In this document: positions 28,486 to 38,295 of the stretch, in pieces | Position numbering within the stretch: the stretch's first letter is position 1 | How the letters are laid out: each line of letters opens with the position of its first letter | Assembly (NCBI GenBank): GCA_964647745.1 | Contig: CAZYJG010000001.1 | Location: forward strand, 1-44,817 | DNA length: 44,817 bases | Direction: 5' to 3' | Source: an uncultured Piscirickettsiaceae bacterium | GTDB lineage: Bacteria; Pseudomonadota; Gammaproteobacteria; GCF-002020875 | Position numbers and translations under genes: made by a program | Notes under the pieces: generated by a model | Seen by the model: only the letters and a program-made list of their open reading frames with translations | What the model was told of the DNA's origin: nothing | The model's database searches: none

Positions 28486-28983
28486 ATGGAACATAGAGAG
28501 AAAATTTCGGTCCTTTTTGTCTGCATGGGCAATATCTGTCGCTCTCCCACGGCGCATGGTGTGTTCCGCCAGATGGTTGAGGATGAGGGGCTGAGTGAGC
28601 AGATTGAGATCGATTCGGCAGGGACCCACTCCTACCATGTCGGCAGCCCACCTGACGAGCGGGCACAGCAGACTGCGCTGCGAAGGGGGCTCGATATGGC
28701 TGATCTGCGTGCCCGCAAGGCGAAGGCGCGTGATTTTGAACGCTTTGATCTTGTCCTGGCGATGGATCGTGACAACTATGCCATTCTGGAATCCTATACC
28801 ACACCGGAGACCGGTGAGAAGCTGCGCCTCTTTATGGAGTTTGCCCCGGATCACTGGCGTACCAGTGAGGTTCCGGACCCCTATTACGGAGGTCCCAACG
28901 GGTTTGAACAGGTTTTCGATATGGTTGAGGATGCCTCGCGTGGGCTGATTGAGTTCCTGCGTAAACAGTATGGCGTGAGCTAG
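28486..28983 (+). CDS. Low-molecular-weight protein-tyrosine phosphatase
   Basis: P-loop VLFVCMGNICRSP and a DPYYG general-acid motif. 165 aa. It lacks the extra Cys pair of ArsC-type enzymes. Confidence 0.88.
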   Translation: MEHREKISVLFVCMGNICRSPTAHGVFRQMVEDEGLSEQIEIDSAGTHSYHVGSPPDERAQQTALRRGLDMADLRARKAKARDFERFDLVLAMDRDNYAILESYTTPETGEKLRLFMEFAPDHWRTSEVPDPYYGGPNGFEQVFDMVEDASRGLIEFLRKQYGVS

Positions 28984-29008
28984 CCATTCTGGCGAGGTGA
29001 AAGAACCA

Positions 29009-29040
29009 AAAAAATGGGCTCATTAATGAGCCCATTTTTT
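29009..29040. terminator. Bidirectional intrinsic terminator between the phosphatase gene and rne
   Basis: Perfect 32-bp palindrome AAAAAATGGGCTCATT/AATGAGCCCATTTTTT. It gives a stem flanked by an A-run and a T-run, so it serves both convergent genes. Confidence 0.85.
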
Positions 29041-29076
29041 GTCTCTGGGGGCAGCGTCACTTGCCCTGTTGGAGGA

Positions 29077-31611
29077 TCACTCCGCTGACGTGGATTTTGT
29101 CGATGCTGATTCAGCGGCAGGTTTGGGCGGTGCAGACTGTTTGCTCTCAGCCTTTGCCGGCTCCCTTGGTGTGCTCTCCTTTTTGGTTTGCTGCCTGCGT
29201 GGTTTGTCCGCTCTCTGAGTACCCTTTGTGGCTGGCTTCTCTGTTGGCTTTTCTGCAGCAGCTGCAGGAGCAGTTGACTGCTTCTGTTTTGCGGCTGGCT
29301 TTTCCGCTACCGGCTTGCTGCTGCCTGTATCATTTGCTGGTACAGCCTTCTGCTTCTCGGCATCTTTTCTGGGTGCAGCTTTTGTATCCTGCTTTGCACC
29401 CTGAGGTGATGGCTCAGATGGCTGGCGAGGTTTTCTCTGCTCCGGTTGTCTCTTGCCTGCCTCCTTGGCCTTTGGGGTAGAGCCCTTGTTCTCGGAACTC
29501 CTCTTTTCATCCTGTTTTGGTTGCTGGGAGGGTTGTTGTTGCTGTCCCTGGCCCTGGCCCTCTCTCTTCTGGGACTGCTGCTGGCCACGGTTTCCGCCTG
29601 AGCGGGAACGTCTTCTCTGTCCCTGACCCTGTTTGCCCTGCCTCTGACCCTGTTTGCCTTGTCCCTGCTGTTTCTGCCCCTCTCTGCGCTTCTGCTGTTT
29701 TCCATCACCGTCCTGATCCTGAGCAGGACGTCTGCGCCCACGGTTTCCCTGCCCACGACGGGATGGATGACGGCCTCCACTGCTGCGGTTTCCACTCTGG
29801 CGATTTCTGTTTCGTCCGCGGCCCTGACCCTGGCGACTGGTTGACTCCTTTTTCTTCTCCTCTTCCTGTTTTTTCACCTCCTTGGATCCGCCAAAAAGGG
29901 TGGTGAAGAGTTTCTTGATAAAGGAGGGGGACTCCTCAACCGGCTCCTGCTTCTTGCTGGTCGTGGCCGGTTTGGGCTCTCTCTTCTCTACCTGGGGAAC
30001 CGGGGCATTGGGCATGATCTCGCGCACTGCCGGCTTGTCACGCTCTACGGCGGAGGTCTCCTGAATAATCTCCTCCGGAGTCTGCTCCTGCTTCTCTACA
30101 CGCTGGTAGCTGGGGCGCTGATCCTGTTCCTGTGCCTTGGGATTCTCGCGTGAGCGCTCAATGCTGTAGTGTGGGGTTTCCAGTGAGTGGTTGGGTATCA
30201 GGACAACCGATACCTTGCAGCGTGTCTCAATCTCGGAGATTGCGCCACGCTTCTCATTCAGCAGATAGGTGGCAACAGAGATTGGGAGCTGTGCAGTGAC
30301 CTGTCCGGTCCCCTCCTTGAGTGCCTCCTCCTGGATCAGTCTCAGTACAGAGAGGGCGATGGACTGTGTGCCACGAATGGTTCCCTGTCCGCTGCAGCGC
30401 GGGCAGACATTGTGTGCCGATTCACCGAGAGAGGGGCGCAGTCGCTGGCGAGACATCTCCAGCAGCCCAAAGCGGGAGATTTTCCCCACCTGAACGCGGG
30501 CACGATCATATCGTAGTGCATCCCTGAGACGATTCTCGACTGCACGCTGGTTCTTGCTGGCCTGCATGTCGATAAAGTCGATCACGACCAGTCCACCACT
30601 GTCACGCAGACGCAGCTGACGGGCAACCTCATCTGCTGCCTCCAGATTGGCATTGAGGGCAGTCTCCTCGATATTGCTCCCCTTGGTTGCACGTGCCGAG
30701 TTGATGTCAATGGAGATCAGTGCCTCGGTATGATCAATCACAATTGATCCACCGGATGGAAGCCGCACCTCCCTCTGGAATGCAGACTCCAGCTGACTCT
30801 CAATCTGGAAACGGGTAAAGATTGGGGACCCATCCTGATATCGCTTCAGCTTCTTCAGGTTGTGAGGCATCACTCGTGACATGAATTCATGTGCGGTGTA
30901 GTAGGTGTCCTCATCATCAATCAGGATCTCACCGATATCCTCACGCAGATAGTCGCGGATTGCACGAATGACGATGTCACTCTCGCGGTAGATCAGGAAC
31001 GGGGCAGGCTTTTCAGCCGCCTTTTCGATACTGCTCCAGATCTGGTGCTGGTAGTCGAGATCCCACTGCAGCTCCTCTGTGGACTTTCCGACCCCTGCAG
31101 TACGGACGATCGCACCGGACCCCTTGGGGATGTTCATGTCCCGCATTGCGGTTCGGAGCTCCTGCCGATCCTTGCCCTCGATTCTGCGAGAGATGCCACC
31201 CGCACGTGGATTGTTGGGCATATAGACCAGATAGCGTCCGGCCATGCTGACGAAAGTGGTCAGTGCGGCCCCCTTGTTGCCGCGCTCCTCCTTCTCGATC
31301 TGTACGATAACCTCCTGCCCCTCACTGACTGCTGCAGCGATGGTGGGGCGCCCACCCCCCTCGAAGGCACCTTCCTTGAAATAGTTTCTGGAGATCTCCT
31401 TGAAGGGGAGAAAGCCATGGCGTTCGCAACCGTAGTTGACAAAAGCGGCCTCAAGGCTGGGCTCAACGCGGGTGATCTTTCCCTTGTAGATGTTGCCCTT
31501 TTTCTTTTCGTAGGCGGCGCTCTCGATATCGAGGTCGTAGAGGTGCTGGCCATCAACCAGTGCGACACGCAACTCCTCTTGCTGGGTTGCGTTCATCAAA
31601 ATTCTTTTCAT
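29077..31611 (-). CDS. rne: Ribonuclease E
   Basis: 844 aa. The N-terminal catalytic half has the S1 domain [23 protein letters not shown] and the Zn-link CPRCSGQG. An amphipathic [13 protein letters not shown] segment follows, then a long R/Q/G/K-rich low-complexity C-terminal half. Confidence 0.96.
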   Translation of the reverse strand: MKRILMNATQQEELRVALVDGQHLYDLDIESAAYEKKKGNIYKGKITRVEPSLEAAFVNYGCERHGFLPFKEISRNYFKEGAFEGGGRPTIAAAVSEGQEVIVQIEKEERGNKGAALTTFVSMAGRYLVYMPNNPRAGGISRRIEGKDRQELRTAMRDMNIPKGSGAIVRTAGVGKSTEELQWDLDYQHQIWSSIEKAAEKPAPFLIYRESDIVIRAIRDYLREDIGEILIDDEDTYYTAHEFMSRVMPHNLKKLKRYQDGSPIFTRFQIESQLESAFQREVRLPSGGSIVIDHTEALISIDINSARATKGSNIEETALNANLEAADEVARQLRLRDSGGLVVIDFIDMQASKNQRAVENRLRDALRYDRARVQVGKISRFGLLEMSRQRLRPSLGESAHNVCPRCSGQGTIRGTQSIALSVLRLIQEEALKEGTGQVTAQLPISVATYLLNEKRGAISEIETRCKVSVVLIPNHSLETPHYSIERSRENPKAQEQDQRPSYQRVEKQEQTPEEIIQETSAVERDKPAVREIMPNAPVPQVEKREPKPATTSKKQEPVEESPSFIKKLFTTLFGGSKEVKKQEEEKKKESTSRQGQGRGRNRNRQSGNRSSGGRHPSRRGQGNRGRRRPAQDQDGDGKQQKRREGQKQQGQGKQGQRQGKQGQGQRRRSRSGGNRGQQQSQKREGQGQGQQQQPSQQPKQDEKRSSENKGSTPKAKEAGKRQPEQRKPRQPSEPSPQGAKQDTKAAPRKDAEKQKAVPANDTGSSKPVAEKPAAKQKQSTAPAAAAEKPTEKPATKGTQRADKPRRQQTKKESTPREPAKAESKQSAPPKPAAESASTKSTSAE
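29623..29658. repeat. In-frame 21-bp-period direct repeat inside the rne C-terminal region
   Basis: CTGACCCTGTTTGCC occurs at 29623-29637 and 29644-29658, encoding QGKQGQ units on the minus strand. Nearby CCTGGC hexamer repeats lie around 29548. Confidence 0.8.
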
Positions 31612-32060
31612 TACAGTGTTCCCGGTTTTCTGTGCCGGAAGAGGACGTGCAGTGAGGCAGGCAGGAGCTGTCTGCTGAATTCGAGAGATTCAGGAAGGAA
31701 AATCGATCAGGCAGGGGAGCAGGCAGTTGAGTACAGGTGTCTCAACACAGGGTAAACAGTGTGTTTTTGCTATTAAAAAACATTCAGTTACTGTCTTGTA
31801 TGCCATTTTGTGAACAGCGCTCTGTTCACGATTCCAGGATGGCCTTCTGCCATGCTGGCAATCTCTTTCCACTGCTGAAGATGACTCTCAAAACCTCCGG
31901 TTCTGGTCTCTCTTCACAACAACGTATTCTTCCGGGCTCTCTTTGTTCTATTTTCAATAGACCCTGTCAGATGACAGCGTCTGCCCATAAATTCTTTTCA
32001 AAAGTTACACTGCTCTAAGAGTATGGGCGTGAAATAACGTCTCCATCTCTCTGGTTTTCC
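31612..32060 (-). promoter_or_regulatory. Probable long structured 5' leader of rne (autoregulatory-UTR candidate); upstream boundary unknown
   Basis: The 577-bp non-coding gap to rluC contains several hairpins, e.g. 31810-31829 (8-bp arms) and 31834-31858 (10 bp with one mismatch). E. coli rne has a long 5' UTR used for autoregulation (from memory). No TSS evidence here. Confidence 0.4.
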
Positions 32061-32188
32061 AATCACATTCTGGATACAACCCAAGAGCAATGATTTGCAA
32101 ACTATACCAGTGAATGCCTTCTTTCGCAATTGCTTACCCCCCCCGACAGCAGGGGACTGCGATAGCGAGGCAGGTTACAATAGTCACC

Positions 32189-33151
32189 ATGCAAGCAGAG
32201 AGAGCGCATCATCAGGTCACCCATGTCGAGATCGATTCCGAGCACCAGGGGCAGAGGGTTGATAACTTCCTGATTACTCGTCTCAAAGGGGTTCCAAAGA
32301 GCCGAATCTATCGGATCCTCCGCAAGGGGGAGGTACGGATCAACAAGAAGCGGGTCAAGCCGACCTATCGTCTTCAACAGGGAGATCTGGTAAGGATCCC
32401 TCCAGTGCGTCACTCGGAACAGGCGGCAACTCCCGATCGCAGCTCAACCGGGTGGATTGAGAAGACGATCCTCTATGAGGATGCCCAGATATTGCTTCTC
32501 AACAAACCCTCCGGCATTGCTGTCCATGGCGGCAGCGGGATTCGATACGGGGTGATTGAGACGCTGCGTGGCTGGCGCAGTGAGGCTACCGATTATGAGT
32601 TGGTCCATCGCCTCGATCGGGCAACCTCAGGAGTTCTGCTGATTGCAAAAAAGAGGCAGGCCCTCCGTTTTCTCCATGAGGTGATCCGTGAGCATGGAAT
32701 GGAGAAGCGCTATCTGGCCCTGGTCTCTGGAAAGATGCGCAAGAGCAAGGTGGTCACTGCACCCCTGCGCAAGAATGTGCTGCGTTCGGGGGAGCGGATG
32801 GTGCGTGTGGATCCGCAGGGGAAGAGTGCGGAGAGCCGTTTCTCACCCAAGCTCTCCTGTGACTCCTCCACCCTGGTTGAGGTGGAGATTGTGACCGGCA
32901 GAACCCATCAGATCCGGGTCCATGGGGCCCATATGGGCCATCCACTTGCCGGGGACGATCGCTATGGTCTGCAGGAGTATAACCAGAAGATGGGGGAGCT
33001 GGGGCTGGGTCGTCTCTTTCTCCATGCCCACCAACTGACCTTCCCCCACCCACTGGATGGAACCACCATTCGGATTGAGGCACCACTCCCTCAGCAGCTT
33101 TCGGAGGTTGTAGAGAAAATCAGGCAGCAGGAATCGTGTCGAACCTTCTGA
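32189..33151 (+). CDS. rluC: 23S rRNA pseudouridine synthase RluC
   Basis: S4 domain QRVDNFLITRLKGVPKSRIYRILRKGEVRINKKR and the catalytic HRLDRATSGVLLIAK. Divergent from rne as in E. coli. Start chosen is ATG 32189, giving 320 aa. Confidence 0.93.
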   Translation: MQAERAHHQVTHVEIDSEHQGQRVDNFLITRLKGVPKSRIYRILRKGEVRINKKRVKPTYRLQQGDLVRIPPVRHSEQAATPDRSSTGWIEKTILYEDAQILLLNKPSGIAVHGGSGIRYGVIETLRGWRSEATDYELVHRLDRATSGVLLIAKKRQALRFLHEVIREHGMEKRYLALVSGKMRKSKVVTAPLRKNVLRSGERMVRVDPQGKSAESRFSPKLSCDSSTLVEVEIVTGRTHQIRVHGAHMGHPLAGDDRYGLQEYNQKMGELGLGRLFLHAHQLTFPHPLDGTTIRIEAPLPQQLSEVVEKIRQQESCRTF

Positions 33152-33828
33152 GACAACCGGTTGAGCTGGTCATCTTTGACTGGGATGGGACCCTGATGGA
33201 CTCAGAGGAGGTGATTGTTCGCTGCATGGAGGGTGCGATTCTGGACCTGGGTCTGGAGCCGCGCACCCACAGTGAGATCAGCAATATCATCGGGCTGGGG
33301 CTCAATGAGGCGGTGACAACACTCTACCCGGGAACCAATGAGGCCTTTGCACAGCAGGTGGCAGACGGCTACCGGATCCACTTCTTCGGTGTCTCTCAGG
33401 GGCGGGAGGATCTGTTTCCCGGTGTGGAGTCACTGCTGGAGGATCTGGTTGGTGATGGGGTCATGGTTGCGATTGCCACGGGAAAGAGCCGTCGTGGCCT
33501 GGACCTGGTGCTGGAAGAGACGGGGTTAAGCGGCCTCTTTCATGCCACACGCTGTGCAGATGAGACCTGCTCCAAACCCCATCCCCAGATGCTCCATGAG
33601 CTGCTCGACGAGCTGCAGATTGCACCCGAATCTGCGGTGATGGTGGGGGATACGGAGTACGATCTGGTGATGGCGCAGCGTGCCGGCATCTCCTCGGTCG
33701 GCGTCTGTTACGGGGTCCACTCCGCAGAGCGGCTGCAACAGCATCAGCCCATTGCCTGTGTGGAGTCGATCGGGAGGATCAGGGAAATACTGCCCCTTCC
33801 TTCTCGAGCATCCGCACCAGACGGATAA
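33136..33828 (+). CDS. HAD-superfamily hydrolase (phosphoglycolate phosphatase-like, subfamily IA)
   Basis: Motif I VIFDWDGTLMDS, with later ATGKSR and VGDTEYDLVMAQRAG motifs. GTG start overlaps the rluC 3' end by 16 nt. Substrate is unknown. Confidence 0.82.
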   Translation: MSNLLRQPVELVIFDWDGTLMDSEEVIVRCMEGAILDLGLEPRTHSEISNIIGLGLNEAVTTLYPGTNEAFAQQVADGYRIHFFGVSQGREDLFPGVESLLEDLVGDGVMVAIATGKSRRGLDLVLEETGLSGLFHATRCADETCSKPHPQMLHELLDELQIAPESAVMVGDTEYDLVMAQRAGISSVGVCYGVHSAERLQQHQPIACVESIGRIREILPLPSRASAPDG

Positions 33829-34366
33829 GTGGCAGTCCCATCAAGGCGCTGGGATCTGTCCCCTCAAGGCTCTCAAACAGGGTAATCCCAAGCCCCTCCG
33901 ACTTGAAGCTTCCCGCACAGTTATAGGGCTCCTCGGCACGCAGGTAGCGCTCGATCCTGTCGTTGTCGAGCTCGCGGAAATGGACCTGAAAGGGGACCAC
34001 CTCGCTCTGGCTTGCCCCGCTCTCCGAGTTCAGAAGCGTGAGTCCGGTAAGAAACTGGACGCTCTTCCCGGATGCGGCGCTGAGTTGCCTGCAGGCAGCG
34101 TCGAAAGAGCCCGGCTTGCCCAGAACCTCATCGCCATTAACGGCCACCTGGTCGGAGCCGATGATCAGGTGGTGAGGATACTCCCTTGCAACCTCGGCGG
34201 CCTTCTCCCGGGAGAGGCGCGCCACCAGCTCTTCCGGGCTCTCGCCCTCCAGAGGGGTCTCATCAATATCCGGTGAGGCGGTCTCAAAGGGGAGTTGCAG
34301 ACGGGAGAGGAGCTCCTTTCTGAAGGGGGAGCTGGAGCCGAGAATAAGGGGCAGGGGGAGAACCAT
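33779..34366 (-). CDS. yceF: Maf-like nucleoside-triphosphate pyrophosphatase (YceF subfamily)
   Basis: LILGSSSPFRKELL at the N-terminus and a GAYGIQ-like region. Divergent from yceD-rpmF as in E. coli. Start chosen is ATG 34366, giving 195 aa. Confidence 0.88.
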   Translation of the reverse strand: MVLPLPLILGSSSPFRKELLSRLQLPFETASPDIDETPLEGESPEELVARLSREKAAEVAREYPHHLIIGSDQVAVNGDEVLGKPGSFDAACRQLSAASGKSVQFLTGLTLLNSESGASQSEVVPFQVHFRELDNDRIERYLRAEEPYNCAGSFKSEGLGITLFESLEGTDPSALMGLPLIRLVRMLEKEGAVFP

Positions 34367-34381
34367 TTTCTGATTAATGTT

Positions 34382-34410
34382 TTGACTTGTGAAGTGTGAA
34401 ATCATAACAT
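34382..34410 (+). promoter_or_regulatory. Candidate sigma70 promoter for yceD-rpmF
   Basis: TTGACT (34382-34387), 17-nt spacer, TAACAT (34405-34410). It would place the TSS only about 4 nt before the yceD ATG. Confidence 0.35.
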
Positions 34411-34420
34411 TTTTCGGGTT

Positions 34421-34933
34421 ATGTCAGATCGCCTTGCAGAAACAGTCGACCCGTTTGCCCTGGCTGCCTCGAGCAGCTCGCAGCAACACACCTTTCCTGT
34501 CAGCAGCTTTGAGCGTGCAACAGAGCTGCTGTCGGGTGAGCAGGGTGAGGCAGAGGTCCGGACCACATTTGGTATCGACTCCTCAGGGATATCCTACCTC
34601 TCTGGAACCCTCTCGGCAGAGGTTGAGCTCACCTGTCAACGCTGTTTTGAATCGATGATGGTCTCCGTGGAGTCGGATTTCGAGATGGGTCTGATTCGCA
34701 ATGAGGAGGAGTCCGAGGGGCTGCCGGAGAACTATGAGCCGCTTCTGGTGGAGGGAGGGGCGCTCTCACTGCTCCGGTTTATTGAGGATGAGCTGATTCT
34801 GGCCATCCCTGTGGTCTCAACACATGACCCCGATGAGTGTGAGGCCTCCCGCTACCTGAAGGATAAGACGGTGGTTGAGGATGAGGGGAAGAGAGAGAAT
34901 CCGTTCCAGGTACTGGAGCAGCTAAAGCGGTGA
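34421..34933 (+). CDS. yceD: DUF177 protein YceD (large-subunit rRNA accumulation protein)
   Basis: CQRC...LPENYEPL...IEDELILAIPVV...NPFQVLEQLK, upstream of rpmF. Confidence 0.9.
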   Translation: MSDRLAETVDPFALAASSSSQQHTFPVSSFERATELLSGEQGEAEVRTTFGIDSSGISYLSGTLSAEVELTCQRCFESMMVSVESDFEMGLIRNEEESEGLPENYEPLLVEGGALSLLRFIEDELILAIPVVSTHDPDECEASRYLKDKTVVEDEGKRENPFQVLEQLKR

Positions 34934-35047
34934 AAAAACCGGGCAATACGGTCCGAATTCAATTATAATCTGCGCCAAGATTTTGTGGCTGCTCTCTGAG
35001 TTGCTGCTTTTTTTATTTTTGCATCCAAATTTGTTGGGAGAGATCCA

Positions 35048-35230
35048 ATGGCTGTACAGCAAAACAAGAAGACCCGTTCAAAGCGTGGTATGCGTCGTTC
35101 TCACGATGCACTGACCAGTCCGTCACTCTCTGTTGATTCAGAGACTGGTGAGACCCATCTGCGTCACCATGTGACCCCGGACGGCTACTATCGTGGTCGC
35201 AAGGTTGTTCAGAGCAGTAGCGAAGATTAA
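35048..35230 (+). CDS. rpmF: 50S ribosomal protein L32
   Basis: [22 protein letters not shown] is canonical L32. 60 aa. Confidence 0.96.
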   Translation: MAVQQNKKTRSKRGMRRSHDALTSPSLSVDSETGETHLRHHVTPDGYYRGRKVVQSSSED

Positions 35231-35287
35231 TTCACTGTCCAACATACAGTGGTAGAAGATCTGTCACCCATCCTCTCTGTGATTCAG

Positions 35288-35311
35288 TCTGAGACCGGAT
35301 CTGAGACCGGA
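35288..35311. repeat. Perfect 12-bp tandem duplication (TCTGAGACCGGA x2) just upstream of plsX
   Basis: Copies at 35288-35299 and 35300-35311 are identical. The second copy runs into the GGAGAAGG Shine-Dalgarno-like patch before GTG 35320. Confidence 0.9.
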
Positions 35312-35319
35312 GAAGGGTA

Positions 35320-36339
35320 GTGACAACATCCATTGCCATTGATGCCATGGGGGGCGATACCGGGCTGGATGTCACCATTCCAGCCGCTCTCCAGGCACTT
35401 CAAGCGCACCGAGCTCTAAATCTGATTCTGGTCGGAGACCAGGATCAGATCTCTGCACGTCTGCAGCAGGAGAAATCCTCCCTGAGGGACAGGATCCGTA
35501 TTCAGCACGCCTCCGAGAAGGTGGAGATGGATGAGTCTCCATCCAGTGCGCTGCGCAAGAAGAAGGACTCCTCAATGCGTGTTGCACTCAACCTGGTCAA
35601 GGCGGGTGATGCCGGCGCCTGTGTAAGTGCAGGGAATACCGGCGCGTTGATGGCGACCTCGCGTTTTGTGCTCAAGATGCTGCCCGGGATTGACCGTCCC
35701 GCAATCTGTGCTGCACTTCCCACGGTTCGGGGTACCAGTTATATGCTCGACCTTGGTGCCAATATCGATGCCACCCCAGAGAGCCTCTTCCAGTTTGCCG
35801 TTATGGGTGCGGAGCTGGTAACTGCGATCACAGAGAAGGAGTCACCCACGATCGGACTGCTCAATATTGGCGAGGAGGAGATCAAGGGCAACGAGATGGT
35901 CAAGCAGGCAGCGGAGCTGATGGTCCAGAGTGATCTCAACTACCACGGCTTTGTTGAGGGAGATGATATCTACAAGGGGACCGTGGATGTGGTGGTCTGT
36001 GATGGTTTTGTCGGCAATATCGCACTCAAGGCGAGTGAGGGTCTGGCCCATATGGTGAGCCACTTCATCCGCTCCGGTTTTGGCCGCAATCTCCTGACCA
36101 AAATCTCCGGACTGGTTGCGCTCCCTGTGCTCAGGGCCTTCCGTAGCCGCATTGAGCCTCGCAACTACAATGGAGCAAGCCTGCTGGGACTGCGTGGCAT
36201 TGTGGTCAAGAGCCACGGCGGCACTGATATCATGGGGTTCAGCAATGCAATCCGCGTCGCTGTTGCTGAGGTGGAGCATGCGGTTCCCGAGAAGATTGAT
36301 GCACATCTGCATCGCACACTGGTTGAGGGAAGAGAGTGA
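35320..36339 (+). CDS. plsX: Phosphate acyltransferase PlsX
   Basis: IAIDAMGGD at the N-terminus, with conserved rpmF-plsX-fabH synteny. GTG start. Confidence 0.95.
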   Translation: MTTSIAIDAMGGDTGLDVTIPAALQALQAHRALNLILVGDQDQISARLQQEKSSLRDRIRIQHASEKVEMDESPSSALRKKKDSSMRVALNLVKAGDAGACVSAGNTGALMATSRFVLKMLPGIDRPAICAALPTVRGTSYMLDLGANIDATPESLFQFAVMGAELVTAITEKESPTIGLLNIGEEEIKGNEMVKQAAELMVQSDLNYHGFVEGDDIYKGTVDVVVCDGFVGNIALKASEGLAHMVSHFIRSGFGRNLLTKISGLVALPVLRAFRSRIEPRNYNGASLLGLRGIVVKSHGGTDIMGFSNAIRVAVAEVEHAVPEKIDAHLHRTLVEGRE

Positions 36340-37292
36340 CCTATTCACGTATTGTGGGTACAGGTGGATATCTGCCTGAGGCGGTTCGCACCAATGCGGA
36401 TCTGGAACAGATGATGGATACCTCCGATGAGTGGATTGTCGCCCGAACCGGTATCCGTACCCGGCATGTGGCTGCCGAGAACGAAACCACCTGTGATCTG
36501 GCAGAGCAGGCCTCGCGCCAGGCGATTGAGGCGGCCGGAGTTGATCCAAGCGAGATCGACCTGATTATTGTTGCAACCACCACCCCGGACAAGATTTTTC
36601 CCAGTACCGCCTGCCTGTTGCAGCAGCGGCTTGATATTCACGGCTGCCCTGCATTTGATGTACAGGCGGTCTGTACCGGATTTGTCTATGCACTCTCGGT
36701 TGCGGACAACTTTATCCGTGCCGGTTCGGCAAGGTGTGCGCTGGTTGTGGGTGCCGAAACCCTCTCCAGAATCGTTGACTGGAGCGATCGTGGAACAGCC
36801 ATCCTCTTTGGCGATGGCTCAGGGGCCGTGGTGCTCAAGGCCTCGGAAGAGCCCGGCATCCTCTCCACCCATATCCATGCCGATGGTCAGTTTGAGGAGC
36901 TGCTCCATGTTCCGGGTGGAATCTCTTCCGGGTACGATGGTGAACCCTATATTGAGATGAAGGGGAATGAGGTATTCAAGATGGCGGTCAATACGCTGGG
37001 CCGCATCGTGGATGAGACCCTGGAACACAACCAGATGGAGAAGAGCGAGATTGACTGGCTGGTCCCTCACCAGGCCAACGTTCGAATCATTGCGGCAACG
37101 GCAAAAAAGCTGAAGATGTCGATGGAGCATGTCATTCTTACGGTTCAGGACCACGGCAACACCTCTGCCGCCTCGGTTCCGTTGGCACTCAATGAGGGGG
37201 TGCGCAGTGGAAGAGTTCAGCAGGGGCAGACGGTACTGATGGAGGCCTTCGGTGGCGGCTTTACCTGGGGCTCCGTCCTTGCCCGGATGTAG
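36336..37292 (+). CDS. fabH: 3-oxoacyl-ACP synthase III FabH
   Basis: Active-site Cys in [15 protein letters not shown], plus VPHQAN and GNTSAAS motifs. GTGA overlap with plsX. Confidence 0.96.
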   Translation: MTYSRIVGTGGYLPEAVRTNADLEQMMDTSDEWIVARTGIRTRHVAAENETTCDLAEQASRQAIEAAGVDPSEIDLIIVATTTPDKIFPSTACLLQQRLDIHGCPAFDVQAVCTGFVYALSVADNFIRAGSARCALVVGAETLSRIVDWSDRGTAILFGDGSGAVVLKASEEPGILSTHIHADGQFEELLHVPGGISSGYDGEPYIEMKGNEVFKMAVNTLGRIVDETLEHNQMEKSEIDWLVPHQANVRIIAATAKKLKMSMEHVILTVQDHGNTSAASVPLALNEGVRSGRVQQGQTVLMEAFGGGFTWGSVLARM

Positions 37293-37347
37293 TTGTTATA
37301 TCACCAAGGCTTGTTAAACGATTAATGTAGAGAAATAGATAGCGATC

Positions 37348-38295
37348 ATGACACTAGCATTTGTATTTCCCGGACAGGGGTCACAGTCGGTCGGCATGCT
37401 GGCCGATCTTGCTGAAAATCACCCTGTCGTAACCGAGACCTTTAGTGAGGCATCCGACGTATTGGGGTTTGACCTCTGGAATCTGGTGCAGCAGGGACCG
37501 AAGGAGGCATTGAATCAGACCACCAATACCCAGCCGGCGATGTTGACTGCCGGAGTGGCCACTTGGCACGTCTGGAATCAGATGGGTGGTGCCAAACCAT
37601 CGGTAATGGCCGGCCATAGTCTGGGTGAGTATACGGCGCTGGTCTGCGCAGGTGCGCTCAACTTTGGAGATGCGGTAAGGCTGGTCGCCGAGCGTGGACG
37701 CCTGATGCAGGAGGCGGTCCCGGAGGGAGAGGGGGCGATGGCAGCGATCCTGGGGCTGGAGGATGACCAGGTGCGTTCCATCTGCAGTGAGGCCACACAG
37801 GCCCCATCGGTTGTTGAGGCGGTCAACTTCAACTCCCCGGGCCAGGTGGTGATTGCCGGCAGTGCAGATGCCGTGGGGCGTGCGATTGAACTGGCCAAGG
37901 GGGCTGGTGCCAAGCGGGCACTTCCGCTTCCTGTGAGTGTCCCTTCCCACTCCTCACTGATGCGTGAGGCGGCAGACCGTTTTGCCGCAGTGATGGCGCC
38001 GATCGTGATCAATTCGCCTGAGATCACGGTGATCAATAATGTGGATGTGAAAGCCGAGCAGGATCCGGATGCCATTCGCGGAGCATTGGCTCGGCAGCTC
38101 TACAATCCGGTTCGCTGGGTGGAGACGGTGGGTGAGATGAGTCGCAAGGGGGTGGACAGAGTGGTTGAGTGCGGGCCGGGCAAGGTGCTGGCGGGGCTCA
38201 ACAAGCGAATCGACCGCGGCATGCAGGCGATGGCTCTGTTTGATGCCAAGAGCATGGAGTCTGCCCTCGAAACAATCAATGGAGAAGAGTCATGA
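37348..38295 (+). CDS. fabD: Malonyl-CoA:ACP transacylase FabD
   Basis: FVFPGQGSQ and the active-site GHSLGEY. Confidence 0.96.
   Translation: MTLAFVFPGQGSQSVGMLADLAENHPVVTETFSEASDVLGFDLWNLVQQGPKEALNQTTNTQPAMLTAGVATWHVWNQMGGAKPSVMAGHSLGEYTALVCAGALNFGDAVRLVAERGRLMQEAVPEGEGAMAAILGLEDDQVRSICSEATQAPSVVEAVNFNSPGQVVIAGSADAVGRAIELAKGAGAKRALPLPVSVPSHSSLMREAADRFAAVMAPIVINSPEITVINNVDVKAEQDPDAIRGALARQLYNPVRWVETVGEMSRKGVDRVVECGPGKVLAGLNKRIDRGMQAMALFDAKSMESALETINGEES

Noticed and set aside
28486-28983. LMW phosphatase as an ArsC-type arsenate reductase, or as part of a capsule tyrosine-kinase system.
   Set aside because: It has the DPYYG general-acid motif of true LMW-PTPs and lacks the additional ArsC cysteine pair. 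No BY-kinase, wza or ars genes are nearby. It looks like an orphan housekeeping phosphatase.
31690-32018. Small ORFs 31690-31872(-) and 31737-32018(+) in the rne-rluC intergenic region.
   Set aside because: They have no Shine-Dalgarno and their Cys/Leu-rich translations look arbitrary. They overlap each other in a region better explained as a structured rne leader.
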